In this document: piece by piece, positions 23,456 through 36,395 of the stretch
Numbering within the stretch: position 1 is the first letter of the stretch
Layout of the letters: every line of letters starts with the position of its first letter
Source of the DNA: Leucoraja ocellata
Taxonomy: Eukaryota
NCBI GenBank assembly: GCA_036785375.1
Contig: JAWMAR010000227.1
Coordinates: 3,286,001-3,350,000 of the forward strand
Direction: 5' to 3'
DNA length: 64,000 bases
Translations under genes and position numbers: made by a program
Notes under the pieces: generated by a model
The model's input: the letters and a program-made list of their open reading frames with translations, nothing else
Databases searched by the model: none
What the model was told of the DNA's origin: nothing

Positions 23456-24241
23456 TGTGCCTGTCCCTCTTAGGCGATTTTTCAACGACTGCTGGTGACT
23501 GTCAAGTAGCCGGTATTCGCCTGAAAAACCGGCAACTGGAACACACACGCGCACACACACACACGCACACGCACACGCACACGCACACAAACACATCGCT
23601 TCCTTCACCAGCCCATTATGCAGGCGGGGACAGGGCAAGCGGGGGGGAGCGCTGTCTTAAAAATTCACACGGTGCGAAGCCAAGGTGATACAGACACACA
23701 CTGCGATGAACAGGAAGGTTGGCGCTGTAAAAAGATGGCTAAAGCACAGTGAGTCCTTTATAAGAGGGGGGGGGGGGCAGAGAAGGGGGAGAGGGGGGAG
23801 AAGGAGTGGAGCCAACTTTTAAGAAGCCAGAGATACATGGCACATTTAACATTACCGGTCGGTTATCCTTGGTTCTGAAAGCGACTGCTTACATTTTTTT
23901 TCCCAATGAGCCAATGAAATTCACCGGTCGGCACCTGCTACAACCTACGAGAACCTCCGAGAACCTTCGACCTCCTGGCGACCCACTAGGACCTCCTGGC
24001 GACCCACCAACGGCGCGAGAATTCCCGCTACTCTCCATGGCGGCTTCATTCTAGTCGCTGCTAATTTTCCAACATGTTGAAAAATTCACGGCGACCATAA
24101 TGAGGCCGCGACTAGTTCCCAGAATGTGGGAACTCCTCACGACCATGAAGGCAACTCCCCGGCAACCACCCGCGAAAATGTGGCGACTGCAGCATAGTCT
24201 CCTGCAGTCGCCTAAAAAGTTGCCTAAGTGGGACAGGCCCA
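23456..24241. mobile_element. PIF/Harbinger-type non-autonomous element with internal (CA/CG)n
   Basis: TIR tgtgcctgtccctcttaggcgattttt / aaaaagttgcctaagtgggacaggccca; flanks TAA and TTA. Confidence 0.82.
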
Positions 24242-24504
24242 TTAGAGCATTATAGAAGGAGTTCCTTATTGTAGTCTCCTATTTCTTCACCTGTTTCATC
24301 AATGGCTTTCCCTCCAGCATATGAATGGAAGTACGTTACACTATATTTTATACTTAGGTCTTTTTCTCATTGCACTACTTGCTGTATTGTGTATGGCTCG
24401 ATTACACTCATACGGAATGATTTGATTTGGCGTGACTGAATAGCACACAGACAGAAGCTTTTCACCGTATCCCTTTACACGTGGCAATAACAAACCAATA
24501 TCCA

Positions 24505-24743
24505 TCTTCTTCTTGTCAAGTCCACTCACAAGATTAGTTGTTCAGCCAGAGCTGAACACACTTCTCGGCATCTGCATACAATGGTGTCCGCCTTGTGCGT
24601 CTTGTGCTTCTTGTGCGTGGTGGTGGAAAGATTGGTGAAAATAGGGCCGCGACGTGGATGCTCTTTCCTTCACCCCCACCAATCCCCATACCAAGTAGGG
24701 ATGTTTGCTGGTAACAGTAGTGTTCAGTTTCATTTGTAACCCC
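24505..24743 (-). mobile_element. Unclassified element with short (GAA) tail
   Basis: Ends caagaagaag on the minus strand, like the 3270 element. Confidence 0.3.
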
Positions 24744-24814
24744 TCAAATAACGAAGCAATCCACACTAAGCCAGACCTGGGACAACATTAGGAATGGGCT
24801 GATAGCAAATAGCA

Positions 24815-25398
24815 GGGTTGGGGAATCAAGAACGAGAGGACATAGGTTTAAGTTGAGAGGGGAAAGATTTAATAGGAACCTGGGGGCAACTTTTTTACGC
24901 AGAGGGTGGTGGGTATATGGAACGAGCTGCCAGAGCAAGAAGTTAAGACAGGTACGATAACAATATTTAAAGGACATTTGAACAGCCACGTGGATAGGAA
25001 CCAGGGGCCACAGTCTTAGAATAAAGGGGAAGCCATTTAAGACTGAGGTGAGAAAAAACTTTTTCACCCAGAGAGTTGTGAATTTGTGGAATTCCCTGCC
25101 ACAGGGGGCAGTGGAGGCCAAATCACTGGATGGATTTAAGAGAGAGTTAGATAGAGCTCTAGGGGCTAGTGGAATCAAGGGATATGGGGAGAAGGCAGGC
25201 ACGGGTTGTTGATTGGGGACGATCAGCCATGATCACAATGAATGGTGGTGCTGGCTCGAATGGCTGAATGGCCTCCTCCTGCATCTATTTTCTATGTTCC
25301 TATGAAATGTTTAATGTGAGCCAAATGTGTGCAAATGGGACTAACTTAGCTGGGAGGAGGGCCTGTTTCAGTACTGTATTACATGTTAACTCTACGAC
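24815..25398 (+). mobile_element. CR1 nested within CR1 (inner copy about 24999-25303)
   Basis: The outer 3' UTR resumes after the inner tttctatg tail. Confidence 0.78.
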
Positions 25399-25404
25399 TA
25401 GATT

Positions 25405-25925
25405 AAGGTATGGTTTATTATTGTGAAGATAGACACAAAAAGCTGGAGTAACTCCGCAGGTCAGACAGCATCTCTGGAGAAGAGGAATACATGACGTTTT
25501 GGGTCGAGACCCTTCTTATTACTGTCATGTGTACTGAGATAGTGAAAAGCTTTGCTTTGCATGGTATCCCATGAAATCAGATAATACTATAGATAAATAC
25601 AATCACGTCAAACCCGTACAATAGGTAGAGTCAAGGGGGAAATATAGGATGCAGAATCTATTACTCAGCATTGTTAGCGCATCAGTTCCAGAGACAAAGT
25701 CCAATGTCCGCAATGGGGTAGAGGTGAATTGGACAGTACCCTAGCTAATGGAAGGACCGTTCGGAAGCCTGATAACAGAGGGGAAGAAGCTGTTCCTGAG
25801 TCTGGCAGTGCGCGCTTTCAAAACTCTGTACATTTTGCCTGACAGGAGCGGGGAAAGGAAGGAATGACCAGGTGGGTCGAGTCTTTGATTATGCTGGCTG
25901 TTTTTCCAAGGCAGTGTGGAGTATG
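25405..25925 (-). mobile_element. Rex1/Babar-type 3' end with a nested Penelope-derived unit (about 25426-25517)
   Basis: Rex1 tail and the HCLGKTASIIKDSTH peptide. Confidence 0.75.
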
Positions 25926-26787
25926 GAGGGCCAATGTTGAGGAGTCTGGTCTACTTTCCATATCCATTTTAATTACTATTTGTCTGTTTATTTCTTCCTT
26001 ATCTTTTGTCTTGCGGCATTGCATTCACTCTGCATTGTTCACATTAGCTGTAGCCTACCTTTGTCCCAGACTCAACCAGAGTGAGTTAGTTGTCAAGGGT
26101 TTAAGTTTCACTTCCGTTCCATATCAACCGTCAGCGGGTTGTGTAAAGCTGCGAGTTCAGATAAGGGCCAACTCATCAAAGGTGAATTATTTGTTAATTA
26201 GGTTTATCGTATTCATTATATCTTGTTTGTTAATTACAAATTGGAATTGGGCATTAGTCTGAGACACTAGGTCTTTTTATAATCTGTCTTTATTAAGCTC
26301 TGGTTGCAGTGAAGCCAAACATCCAGATTTCAATACCCCCATAGGGTCACAAAGCTGTCCAGCACGGAAACAGGCCCTTCGGCCCACCTTGTCCATGCCA
26401 ACCACGTTGGCACAATGAGCTACTCCCACTTTGTCTTCATTTGGTCCACAGCCCTCTAAACGCTTCATGTTCATATATATCTGTCCAAATGTCTTTCAAA
26501 AGTCATAACGGCATCCGCTTCTATAGTTTTCCCTGGCAGCTAATTCTAAATATGGTCTACCTACTGAGTGAAAAAGTTGTCCCTAGTGCAAATGTCCTTA
26601 GTGTGTAGGATAGTGCTAGTGTACGGGGTGATTGCTGGTCTGTGCGGACTCAGTAGGCCGAAGAGCCTGTTTCCGTATCTCTAAATTCCAGTCTGATTAA
26701 TACCAGCATATCCTAATCCTTCAGCATTGATATTTACAGCAGCCAGTGATGTCGAACTTACAGACATGTTTTGTAAAACATAGCATA

Positions 26788-27055
26788 GAGACTCTCCCCG
26801 ACTTATGCAATAGGCGACCAACATAAGCTGCACTTAGGTAAACATTTCTCATACTCAGTCCCTAGTACAATCAAGACAGTTTGTGATTCCCACAACATTG
26901 TACGATCAATCAAGTTTACACCGGAAACAAGCCAACAATGGCCGCGCTGCTTACCCAGAGAGCCATGTGCCACAGAAAGTGCCCCAACGGAGAGAGTCGC
27001 CGATTTACGTAAAATCTGACGGAACTTAACCCTTATGTAAGTCGGGGAGTGCCTG
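26788..27055. mobile_element. Tigger/pogo-type (Tc1/mariner) MITE
   Basis: TA|gagactctccccgactta ... taagtcggggagtgcctg|TA. Confidence 0.72.
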
Positions 27056-27344
27056 TATTTATCAGAGCCACGTGTATGGAGCTCAGCAAACCATTCTAAA
27101 ACACAGTTAAAATTCCAGTAAATTGTATTTGTTCTAATTTCGGACTATACATTGGAAATCAATTGCTCAGTATAGTGTAATATCCCCTTTAACTGTTTCC
27201 CAATAAACCAATACCAATGTTCGTGCATTTATCAATAATCAACAGAGAGGGTCTAAAGTGCCATTCCTGGCAATGGTTTTACAGTCTGGAGTAAATATCT
27301 TTGTTGTATGTGCATTTATGAATTTACATCTTTGGAGGTTTGGA

Positions 27345-27565
27345 GAATTAACATGTTTGATAAGTTTTCTTAATTCTTATGTTCTCTTAAGTTCTCATAA
27401 GTTAAGTTCTCATTAGAACTTAAATCTTAATTCTTGCGTTCGTTTAACTAATGTGGTTGGAAAATTAAGTTCTTTTAATTCTTACGTTCTCTTAAGTTCA
27501 TTTCTCTTTCGAGCTTGATTTTTATGTTCTCTTAATTAACGTAGGTGGAGAATTAAGTTCTCTTC
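27345..27565. repeat. Degenerate AT-rich tandem repeat (taagttctc / taattctta)
   Basis: Motifs recur many times within about 220 bp. Confidence 0.65.
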
Positions 27566-27623
27566 CCTTTGCTCCGTAATTAGAGGGCTTTGCTTATTTT
27601 CCTCTGCGCACTTCCAAACACAG

Positions 27624-27674
27624 AGCAAAATGTTTTATGAGAGCCTAATTTCTGGAAAAATGGTTTCTCAGCAG
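27624..27674 (+). CDS. Candidate 51-nt exon (phase 0: SKMFYESLISGKMVSQQ)
   Basis: ttattttcctct...aaacacag acceptor, CAG|GTAAGG donor, one open frame, repeat-free flank. Confidence 0.3.
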
Positions 27675-29095
27675 GTAAGGAATGCTTTAAACCCTGTAGA
27701 GTTAATAAATCACGCTGATTCAGCTGTGTAAATAGCTCCAGACTGCCTTACCCAGCAGTCGAGCCTCACATACACTATGTGTGCTCCAGCCATTCGCAGT
27801 AAGACGGACCATTCATCAGGCTGTAGATGTTGGTTACTGCATTGGGCAGAAGTCATCAGTCATGCCTCTTTGATGGCTGGTTGCCAAGGGTGTCAGCACA
27901 TTGTTTTATGGTTCCTTAATCAGAATCCTTCTACCCTTTAAGAGCTGAACATCCATTGTAGGTTGAAAAAGATACAAATCTTTACAACATTAAATAAGAT
28001 TAACGCTAATAATATTTTAAGTATTCGTTGACAAAACTGAGATGTTTAAAGTGAGCAATCGGGTTAAAGCCACAAAAATCAGATTTTGTTTAGCCGGATT
28101 CTAAATGATTCTGGTTCAAAAAGTCAGTAAATGAACCCTCTCAGTTATGGAAGATGCAATCATAATCCAATTTCAAAATTAAAATGATTAGAAATTATTC
28201 AAAGGATAGATTAAGAGAAACTATGTTCTCTGATATGGAGCACTGAATGAGAACCAGGGTCTTGCGCAGTCAGATCATGGCGTCGACTCCTTGCGGCTGG
28301 TCCCAGAAGTGGATCTGCTATCGGACATTACTAGCGCTCCACTCATTTAAATATCTGTACATGTGGATGGCTTGATTGCAATCATATACAGTCTTTGGTA
28401 TATCTCCTCTTCCCCAGCCAACAATTGACCATTGTGGGCTCCACCCTTCCTTGGTCATCTATTGCTGGCCCTGATTTGTTCTGGCCTTTCCCTACCCGCA
28501 AATTCCCCCCACCCCATTTTTAAATTCGGTCTGAGGAAGGGTTCTGATCCGAAATGTCACCCTTCCTTTTACTCCAGAGATGCTGCTTGACCTGCTGAGT
28601 TACTCTAGCACTTTGTGTCTAACTTCAGTATAAACCAGTAACACTTGTTCCTTCCTGCACCAGCAGTTCCTTCCTACACATATAGTGTTTTCACTGACTG
28701 GATATCACACAACAAAAAGCTTTTTACTGTACCTCGGTACGGGTGACAATAATACACTAAACAACACTAAACTAAACCCATTCACTTCAAGAACAGCCTT
28801 CACTCCAAGGCGAGTGTAAGTCCAGAACTCCTTACCCTTGAGAGACGGTTAATAGCATAGCTCAGAAGAGAGAATGATTGATTTTAGGCAGTGTTGATGA
28901 AGAATTCAAAGGCAAGAGGCTGCCATGTCTGTCCAAAAACAGAATGCTCAACTTTGCCTTTATTACTTCTAGATTGTGTTAATGGGCTTGTTAAGCTGCA
29001 GCAAGTACGAATTTAATTGAGAAAAAAACACCAGGTCAAGCAGCATCTGCGGAGAACATGAATAGGTGATGCTTCGGCTCGTAGACCCTTCTTTG

Positions 29096-29195
29096 GAATC
29101 TGAAGAAGGGTTTCGGCCCGAAACATTGCCTATTTCCTTCGCTCCACAGATGCTGCTGCACCCGCTGTGTTTCTCCAGCTTTTTTGTGTACCTTT
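29096..29195 (+). mobile_element. Young-family Penelope unit with near-intact hammerhead motif
   Basis: CTGAAGAAGGGTTTCGGCCCGAAACaTT at 29100-29128. Confidence 0.75.
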
Positions 29196-29520
29196 GGAAT
29201 TTCATTGTTCTGTTGCCAGTACATATGACAATTAAACGCTCTCGATTCTTAATCTTGACTCTCTCTTGACTCTCCTGACTACTCATCGAGTTTCCACTGT
29301 CCATGAAAGTTATTGAGCTTATTTCAGAACTGCACAGCGCATAACTAGATTTGAAGCAGGTTCCTGGTAGCTTTTCATTGCTAATGCTGACTCAAACATA
29401 TTGGTTCTGGGTTTAAATGCACCATGAGTTTAATCCACTCAATGGTGCTCCTATCTCCCACTGTGGCTTTTCCCTTCCCCATCTTTGTAAATTCCGTCAC
29501 CCCCACCACAATAAGATTTA

Positions 29521-29726
29521 TGCCCCTGTCCCACTTAGGAAACCTGAACGGAAACCTCTGGAGACTTTGCGCCCCACCCGAGGTTTCCGTGCGGTTCCCG
29601 GAGGTTGCAGGTAGTGGAAGCAGGTAGGGAGACTGACAAAAACCTCCGGGAATTGCACGCTTACCTTGGGTGGAGCGCAAAGTCTCCAGAGGTTTCCGTT
29701 CAGGTTTCCTAAGTGGGACAGGGGCA
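29521..29726. mobile_element. PIF/Harbinger-type MITE (same family as 16266)
   Basis: Long TIRs; TTA TSD at 29518-29520 and 29727-29729. Confidence 0.92.
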
Positions 29727-30671
29727 TTATTAGACTTTACTTTTAGAGATACAGTGTGGAAATAAGCCCTTCGGCCCACCGAGTCGACGCCGACCAGTAC
29801 ACTCGCACTATTCTAAATACTAGGCACAATTTACAGAAGTCAATTAACCCACACCCAGAGAAAACCCAAATGATTTTGCAGGGAAAATGTACAAATTGCA
29901 TACAGACAGAACCACTAGTCAGGTTCGTTTGTCTACCTTTCTGTCCTCTCATAAGTTTATTATTAAAAGCTTATCGCTAGAAACAGGTTTAGGATTAGAT
30001 TTTTTTTATTGTCACTTGAATTGAGAGTGTAAGCTTTGTTTTGCATGCTATTGAAACAGATCAAGGAATATTGCACATAAATACAATCTAGTGCAATGCA
30101 TTTTAGTTCAACAGTTCCACAGACAAAGTCGAATGACCACAATGAGGTAGAGGTGAATCGTACAGTCCTCTACTGTTCAGAAGCCTGATAACAGAGGGGG
30201 GAGTAGCTATTCCTGAATCTGGTGGTGCGTGCATTCAAAGCTTTGTATCTTCTGCCGGAAGAAAGATTTGGAAATTAAAGATTGGTTGTGTGGCTCATTG
30301 TCCAATTCTGTGGTATTGCCTTAGGTGTTGTTTTTAGTAACACTGTTTAAATTAAAGCTATTTATGTTATCGATGGCATTAAAATGTAGATCTTCCATGA
30401 TCTACTGAATGACTCAATGGGATGAATTTTCTCCTCCTTATATTGCTAGGAATCACTATGAGGACTGTCTTCACTGACCGGTTTCCAAGAATGTTTATTA
30501 TATTCACATATTTGATATACACAGCCATCAGAATATAAAGAGGTAGAACATGTTTTATGATTCACGCATTGCTCCTATGACTCTAGGTGCAGTTCAAGGA
30601 ATTCATTTTGAGCCTCTCTGTGGTATGTTTGTTGCTCAGTAAGAAATTGAAGCATTTTGCAAGAGGAATAT

Positions 30672-30962
30672 GGTGGCACACTGGTAGAGACGCTGCCTTA
30701 CAGCGCCAGAGACCCGGGTTTGACCCTGACCATGTCTGTACTGAGTTTGTACGTTCTCCCTGTGACCGCGTGGATTTTCTCCCGGTGCTCCAAGTTCCTC
30801 TCACACCGCAAAGACGTAGAGATTTGTAGATGGATTGGCTTTGGTAAGTTGTAAAATTGTTCCTAGTGTGTAGGATAGCGCTAGTGTACGGGGTGATCGC
30901 TAGTCGGCGCGGACTTGGTGGGCTGCAGGGCCTGTTTCCACGTGTATCTCTGAAGTCTAAAG
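30672..30962 (+). mobile_element. HE1-type V-SINE
   Basis: tRNA-like head, central domain, CR1-like tail. Confidence 0.85.
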
Positions 30963-31517
30963 ACAAGGAGCAAAGCTTGCTCTATCGTCTGAAATATCAG
31001 CTCAGTGAGAAAAATCTTTGGTGACCCATTTGTTGGGGGGTCTGATTGAAGACCCTGTATTTGTTAGCACAGTACTGCAACCTATGGAGGAAAATCTTAT
31101 ATTATTTGCAGAACTGTGTCGGCATCCAACTGCTCTTGTCTTCACGTTCCTCATTTATCACCCATTGAGAACTTCTCTACCACCCACCCACGACAAATAG
31201 GAAATGCATTTAAATGAGGCCATCTATTATTTACAATTGTTAGCATGCTGTGATGGGCAATTCTTCAACAGAACAGTACTAAAATCTATATGTTTTCAAT
31301 ATAATGGATTTTTTTTTCTCCAGTAAATATCACACAAGCTGTGGGAGATGGTGTCAGTTTTAATGCGCTTACAAGCACATATGGAGGGTGAGTGTAGTTT
31401 AGTTTAGTTTATTGTCACGGGTACCGAGGTACAGTGAAAAGCTCTTTTGTTGCGTGCTATCCAGTCAGCAGAAAGACTATAGATGATTACAATCGAGCCG
31501 TCCACAGTGTACAGATA

Positions 31518-32402
31518 CATAGAAACATAGAAAATAGGTGCAGGAGTAGGCCATTCGGCCCTTCGAGCCTGCACCGCCATTCAATATGATCATGGCTGAT
31601 CATCCAACTCAATATCCTGTACCTGCCTTCTCTCCATACACCCTCATCCCTTTAGTCACAAGGGCCACATCTAACTCCCTCTTAAATATAGCCAATGAAC
31701 TGGCCTCCACTACCTTCTGTGGCAGAGAATTCCACAGATTCACCACTGGCTGAAAAATGTTTTTCTCATCTCGGTCCTAAAAGATTTCCCCCTTATCCTT
31801 AACCTGTGACCCCTTATTCTGGACTTCCCCAACATCTGGAACAATCTTCCTGCATCTAACCTGTCCAACCCCTTAAGAATTTTGTAAGTTTCTGTAAGAT
31901 CCCCCCTCAATCTTCTAAATTCTACTGAGTACAAGCCGAGTCTATCCAGTCTTTCTTCATATGAAAGTCCTGACATCCCAGGAATCAGTCTGGTGAACCT
32001 TCTCTGCACTCCCTCTCTGGCAAGAATGTCTTTCCTCAGATTAGGAGGGCAAAACTGTACACAATATTCCAGGTGTGGTCTCACCAAGACCCTGTACAAC
32101 TGCAGTAGAACCTCCCTGCTCCTATACTCAAATCCTTTTGCTATGAATGCTAACATACCATTCGCTTTCTTCACTATGCTGCACCTGCATGCCTACTTTC
32201 AATGACTAGTGTACCATGACACCCAGGTCTCATTGCATCTCCCCTTTTCCTAATTGGCCACCATTCAGATAATAGTCTACTTTCCTGTTTTTGCCACCAA
32301 AGTGGATAACCTCACATTTAACCACATTATACTGCATCTGCCATGCATTTGCCCACTCACCCAACCTATCCTATATATTGCAGCCTCCTAGCATCCTCCT
32401 CA
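31518..32402 (-). mobile_element. Young CR1, 5'-truncated, inserted in a Rex1 tail
   Basis: ORF 31740-32174; (catagaaa)n tail; host gtgtacagata|caggataaaggg is split. Confidence 0.92.
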
Positions 32403-32519
32403 CAGGATAAAGGGCTGTTGGGGTGGAGTGACTGTAATGAATGATTGCAGGCCCAGCATGCAGAGAGTCGCCTGACATGAGCACCATCTTGGGTGATTGG
32501 TCGTTAATTAGACTCCAAG

Positions 32520-32870
32520 GATGAGGGGGGATCATACTGAAACCTACTGAATAATGAAAGGCCTGGATAGAGTGGATTTTGATCGGATGTTTCCTGTAGG
32601 GGAGAATCCAGGACCAGAGGGCACAGCATCAGAATAAAAGGATGCACCTTTAGAATTGAGATGAGGAAAAATGTCTTGAGCCAGAGGGTGGTGAATTTGT
32701 GGAATTCATTGCCACAGGCGGCTGTGGAGGCCATCATTTTTAAAGCAGATATTGCCAGCTTCTGGGTTAGTCAGGGCATCAATGGTTACGAGGAGAAGGC
32801 AGGAGAATAAGATTGAGTGAGAAAAATGGATCAGCCAGGACTGAATGGTGGAGTACACTTGATGGGCAAA
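32520..32870 (+). mobile_element. Older CR1 3' fragment
   Basis: gagggtggtgaatttgtggaattcattgccacag motif. Confidence 0.7.
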
Positions 32871-32950
32871 ATGAACTCTTTGTGCAGAATCACTGAATGG
32901 GTCAAGTAGCCAGTGTTTACATTGGTGGTTTTCACCAACTCTTCAATCAA

Positions 32951-33237
32951 GAGCAGCAGAGTGGCACAGCGGTAGAGTTGCTGCCTCACAGCACCAGAGA
33001 CCCAGGTTTGATCCTGACTACGGGTGCTGTCCATACGTAGTTTGCACCTTCTCCCCGTGACCACGTGGGGTTTCTCCGGGTGCTCCAGTTTCATCCCACA
33101 TCTTAAAGGCGTACAGGTTTGTAGGTTAATTGGCTTCTGTAAATTGCCCCTAGTGTAGGATAGCGTTAGTGTCATCGTTGGCCGGTGTGGCCTAGGTGGG
33201 CCGAAGGGCTTGTTTCCACTCTGTATCTCAAAACAAA
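32951..33237 (+). mobile_element. HE1-type V-SINE
   Basis: Same structure as 43222. Confidence 0.85.
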
Positions 33238-33619
33238 GTTAAACTTTAACCTAAGTGAACATGTTTTTGCAAGGAGACAATTCGACAAAGTGCCACCAAT
33301 ACTCTTGCCTTCTAAGAATAAAGGGTTGCATTTGCCTTTGTTTTATTATGTTATTAATGGGACTAGGGGAGATTATGTGTTCGGCACGGATTAGAAGGGT
33401 CGAGATGGCCTGTTTCCGTGCTGTAATTGTTATATGGTGTTATATGGTTATATGTTATAAAAGAGTCTAATGAGAACATTTCAATGAAACATTGGAAGAG
33501 TGACAAAGATTAAAAGGATGTATTTTTAATGAAAATTTATAATTTCGTAAAAGGATGAGCAGTTTCTGAATGTATTTGTATTTATATTAAAGCGAACTCA
33601 AATCATTTTCCCTGTCCAT

Positions 33620-33980
33620 CCTTTGCCTTTTATCCCCCTTCTTCCCCCTGTCCCTTTCCCCCTATATCTCTCCCTCTGGCTTTACATTTCACTCCTCTGC
33701 TTTCCGGATCTGATGCCATCTTGCCTCTTTTTTACCTCCCGCTTTTGTCACTTACTCCACCCATCTGCCTATCACCTGTATCCACCTATCATTTGCCAGG
33801 CTTAGTCCCATCCCTCCCTCTCTTTTCCAGCTTTCTCCCCACTTCTCCATCAGTCTAAAGAAAGGTCCCAACTCCAAACGTCATCTGTCCATTCCTTCCA
33901 CGGATGCTGGGTTCCATCGAGTTCCTCCATCACTTTGTGTTTTCCTCAGGATTCCAGCATCTGCAGTTCCTAGTGTCTCC
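33620..33980 (+). mobile_element. Penelope-derived pyrimidine-rich spacer plus terminal unit
   Basis: catcagtctaaagaaaggtccc...aaacgtc...cagcatctgcagttcc. Confidence 0.65.
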
Positions 33981-34212
33981 AGAACAGAGAGCGTTGTGTT
34001 TGAACCGACTACAACTCCACTCCCTCTCTGTCCTTAGATATGTTTATTAACGTACAAGGAAGGTTTCCGGTGCACAGCAGTATGCAGTGACAAGGTAGCT
34101 TCGATCTGTGCAAAGACAAACTGTACTGTTGGTGTTTTTACGTGTACTCACTCTATTGTCTGAGGAGCCAGAGCAGCGAGTTCCTGGGTTCAAAAAACAA
34201 AGAACTGCAGAT

Positions 34213-34580
34213 AGTTCAGTTTAGTTCATTGTCACCTTTACAGAGGTACAGTGAAAGCTTTTGTTGCATACTAACCAGTCAGCAGAAAGACAATGCATAA
34301 TTACAGTTTAGCTGTCCACAGTGTACAGATACAGGGTAAAGGGAATAATGTTTAGTGCAAGATAAAGTCCGATTAAAGATACTCTGAGGGTTTCCAATCA
34401 GGTAGATGTTAGGTCAGGATGACATTCTAGTTGATAATAGGATGGTTCAGTTGCCTGATAACAGCTGGGGACAAACTGTCCCTGAATCTGGAGATGTGCG
34501 TTCTCACGTTTCTGTACCTCTTGCCTGATGGGGGTCGGGAGAAGGGGGAGTGACCAGGGTGAGACTCGTCCTTGGTTACG
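34213..34580 (-). mobile_element. Rex1/Babar-type 3' end
   Basis: KDESHPGHSPFS..PSGKRYRNVRTHISRFRDS peptide. Confidence 0.8.
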
Positions 34581-35864
34581 CATGGAGGCAGCATGAGAAG
34601 TAAGTCTTTACCAGGGGAAGACACAAGATGCTGGAGTAAATCAGAGGGCCAGGCAGTATCCCTGGAGAACATGAATAGGTGACATTTCAGCTTGGGACCC
34701 TTCTTCACCCAGATATCCTGGGTGATCCTTACTGATTTTTTAAAGCAGTTCTACATTTGCCACACCGAATACTTTTGTTTCACTGTTCAACGTTGTGATT
34801 TCAATCTTGTGATTCTCTTCTCGGAAAGTCTGAAGAAGGGTCCCAACGGCGCATGTACATTCCCCCCACAGATGCTGCCTGACCCGCTGAGTTCCTCCAG
34901 CATGTTATGTTTTGCTCTGTAAGATTTAATCTGATTGGAAAATTTCCCGTTCCTTAAGAGGCTCAATGCCAGCACTCAGTCCGTCCAATGCTACTTTTAG
35001 TGCATTTAGCAGCTGCATATATTAGGGCTAATTGATGAGTAGATTTTAGTCAGCTTTCTATAAAGCTTTACCGGTTATTTCTGGCATCAGGAGTAATCAG
35101 CTGAATGTGCCCCAATTTAATCATTTGACACACTACCAATGATGGGGCCACTAAACACAAAAGCACTGGTGTAAGATAAGAGAGAGATTAGCCCGATTTT
35201 GCTGATGAGGAGATTCAAAGGATTGCATCATCATCCTTCCCCGAGAAGGCAATACTCTTCACCACGATCTTTAACATAAAGTGCATTATCTATTGATGCT
35301 TACAGGCTGTTATACCCAGGGTATACTTTGTTAGACGCAAGGAACTGCAGATGCCGGTTTACAAAAAAAAACCTGCAGGAAGTGCTGGAGTAACTCAGTG
35401 GGTCAGGCAGCATTTCTAAAGAACATGGATAGCAATGTATCTATAGTATGGACAGCTTGATTATAATCAGTCTTTCTGCTGACTGGTTAGCACGAAACAA
35501 AAGCTTTTCACTGTATCACGGTACAGGTGACAATAAACTGAAATAAACTAGATGACGTTTCGTAGAACATAGAACAAAGAACATTACTGCACAAGAACAG
35601 GCCCTTTGGCCCACAATGTCGATGCTGGCACCATCACGTATCTCTCTGTGCATAATCCATATTCTGCCATTCTCCGCATATCCATGTGCCTATCCAAAAG
35701 TTTTTTAAATGGCACTAACCACCAACCCTGGCAGCGTGTTCCAGACACTCACTACCCTCTGTGTAAAAAAACTTGCCCCGCACGTCTCCTTTAAACCTAC
35801 TCCCTCTCACATTCAAGCTATGGCCTCCAGTATTTCCATCGTGGGAAGAAGAGTTGGGGCCCTC

Positions 35865-36395
35865 CCTCAGACTGATGGGAGTGGGACAAAATCTGGCAAG
35901 TGATAGGTGAATGGGGAGGGGGTTGAGGTTGATTAGCAGATGGTCAAAGGCCAGAGAGGAAAAGGCAAAAAGTGTGAGGTGAGGAGATGGGGGGAAATCT
36001 CGTGGGGGCACAGAAAAGAACGGGAGGAGGAAGAGCAAGAGGGCATTTGTTGGTTAAGGGCCTGACCCACTTTCACGACCTCTGCCGAGTTTGCCCTTGA
36101 CTCATACTCGCAGCATGGTTGTCACGAGGTCGTAGGAGGCAGTGATGCTGGTCGTATGTTCTCGTGGCATCAAGTAGGTCGGGGCGCTTTTCTAGCCTGA
36201 AATAAAATGTCCACGAGTAAAAAAGATCATGAATTAGGTGGTGAAAGTGGGACAGGCCCGTTAGTTACCCAAAATTGGAGAATTCAATGTTCGTACCAAA
36301 GTGGAATATGAGGTGCTGTTCCTCCAGTTTTGTGTGTTCTCTCACTCTGGCAGTGAAGGAGTCCCAGGCCGGCAAGATCAGTATGGGAATGGGGT
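35865..36395 (-). mobile_element. Penelope-like fragment (GIY-YIG end) split by a MITE
   Basis: aaaattggagaattcaatgttc...gaatatgaggtgctgttcctccagttt is the reverse complement of 960-1040. Confidence 0.72.
36057..36260. mobile_element. PIF/Harbinger-type MITE related to 18155
   Basis: TIR agggcctgacccactttcac / gtgaaagtgggacaggcccg; TTA TSD; shares catactcgcagcatggt with 18155. Confidence 0.85.
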
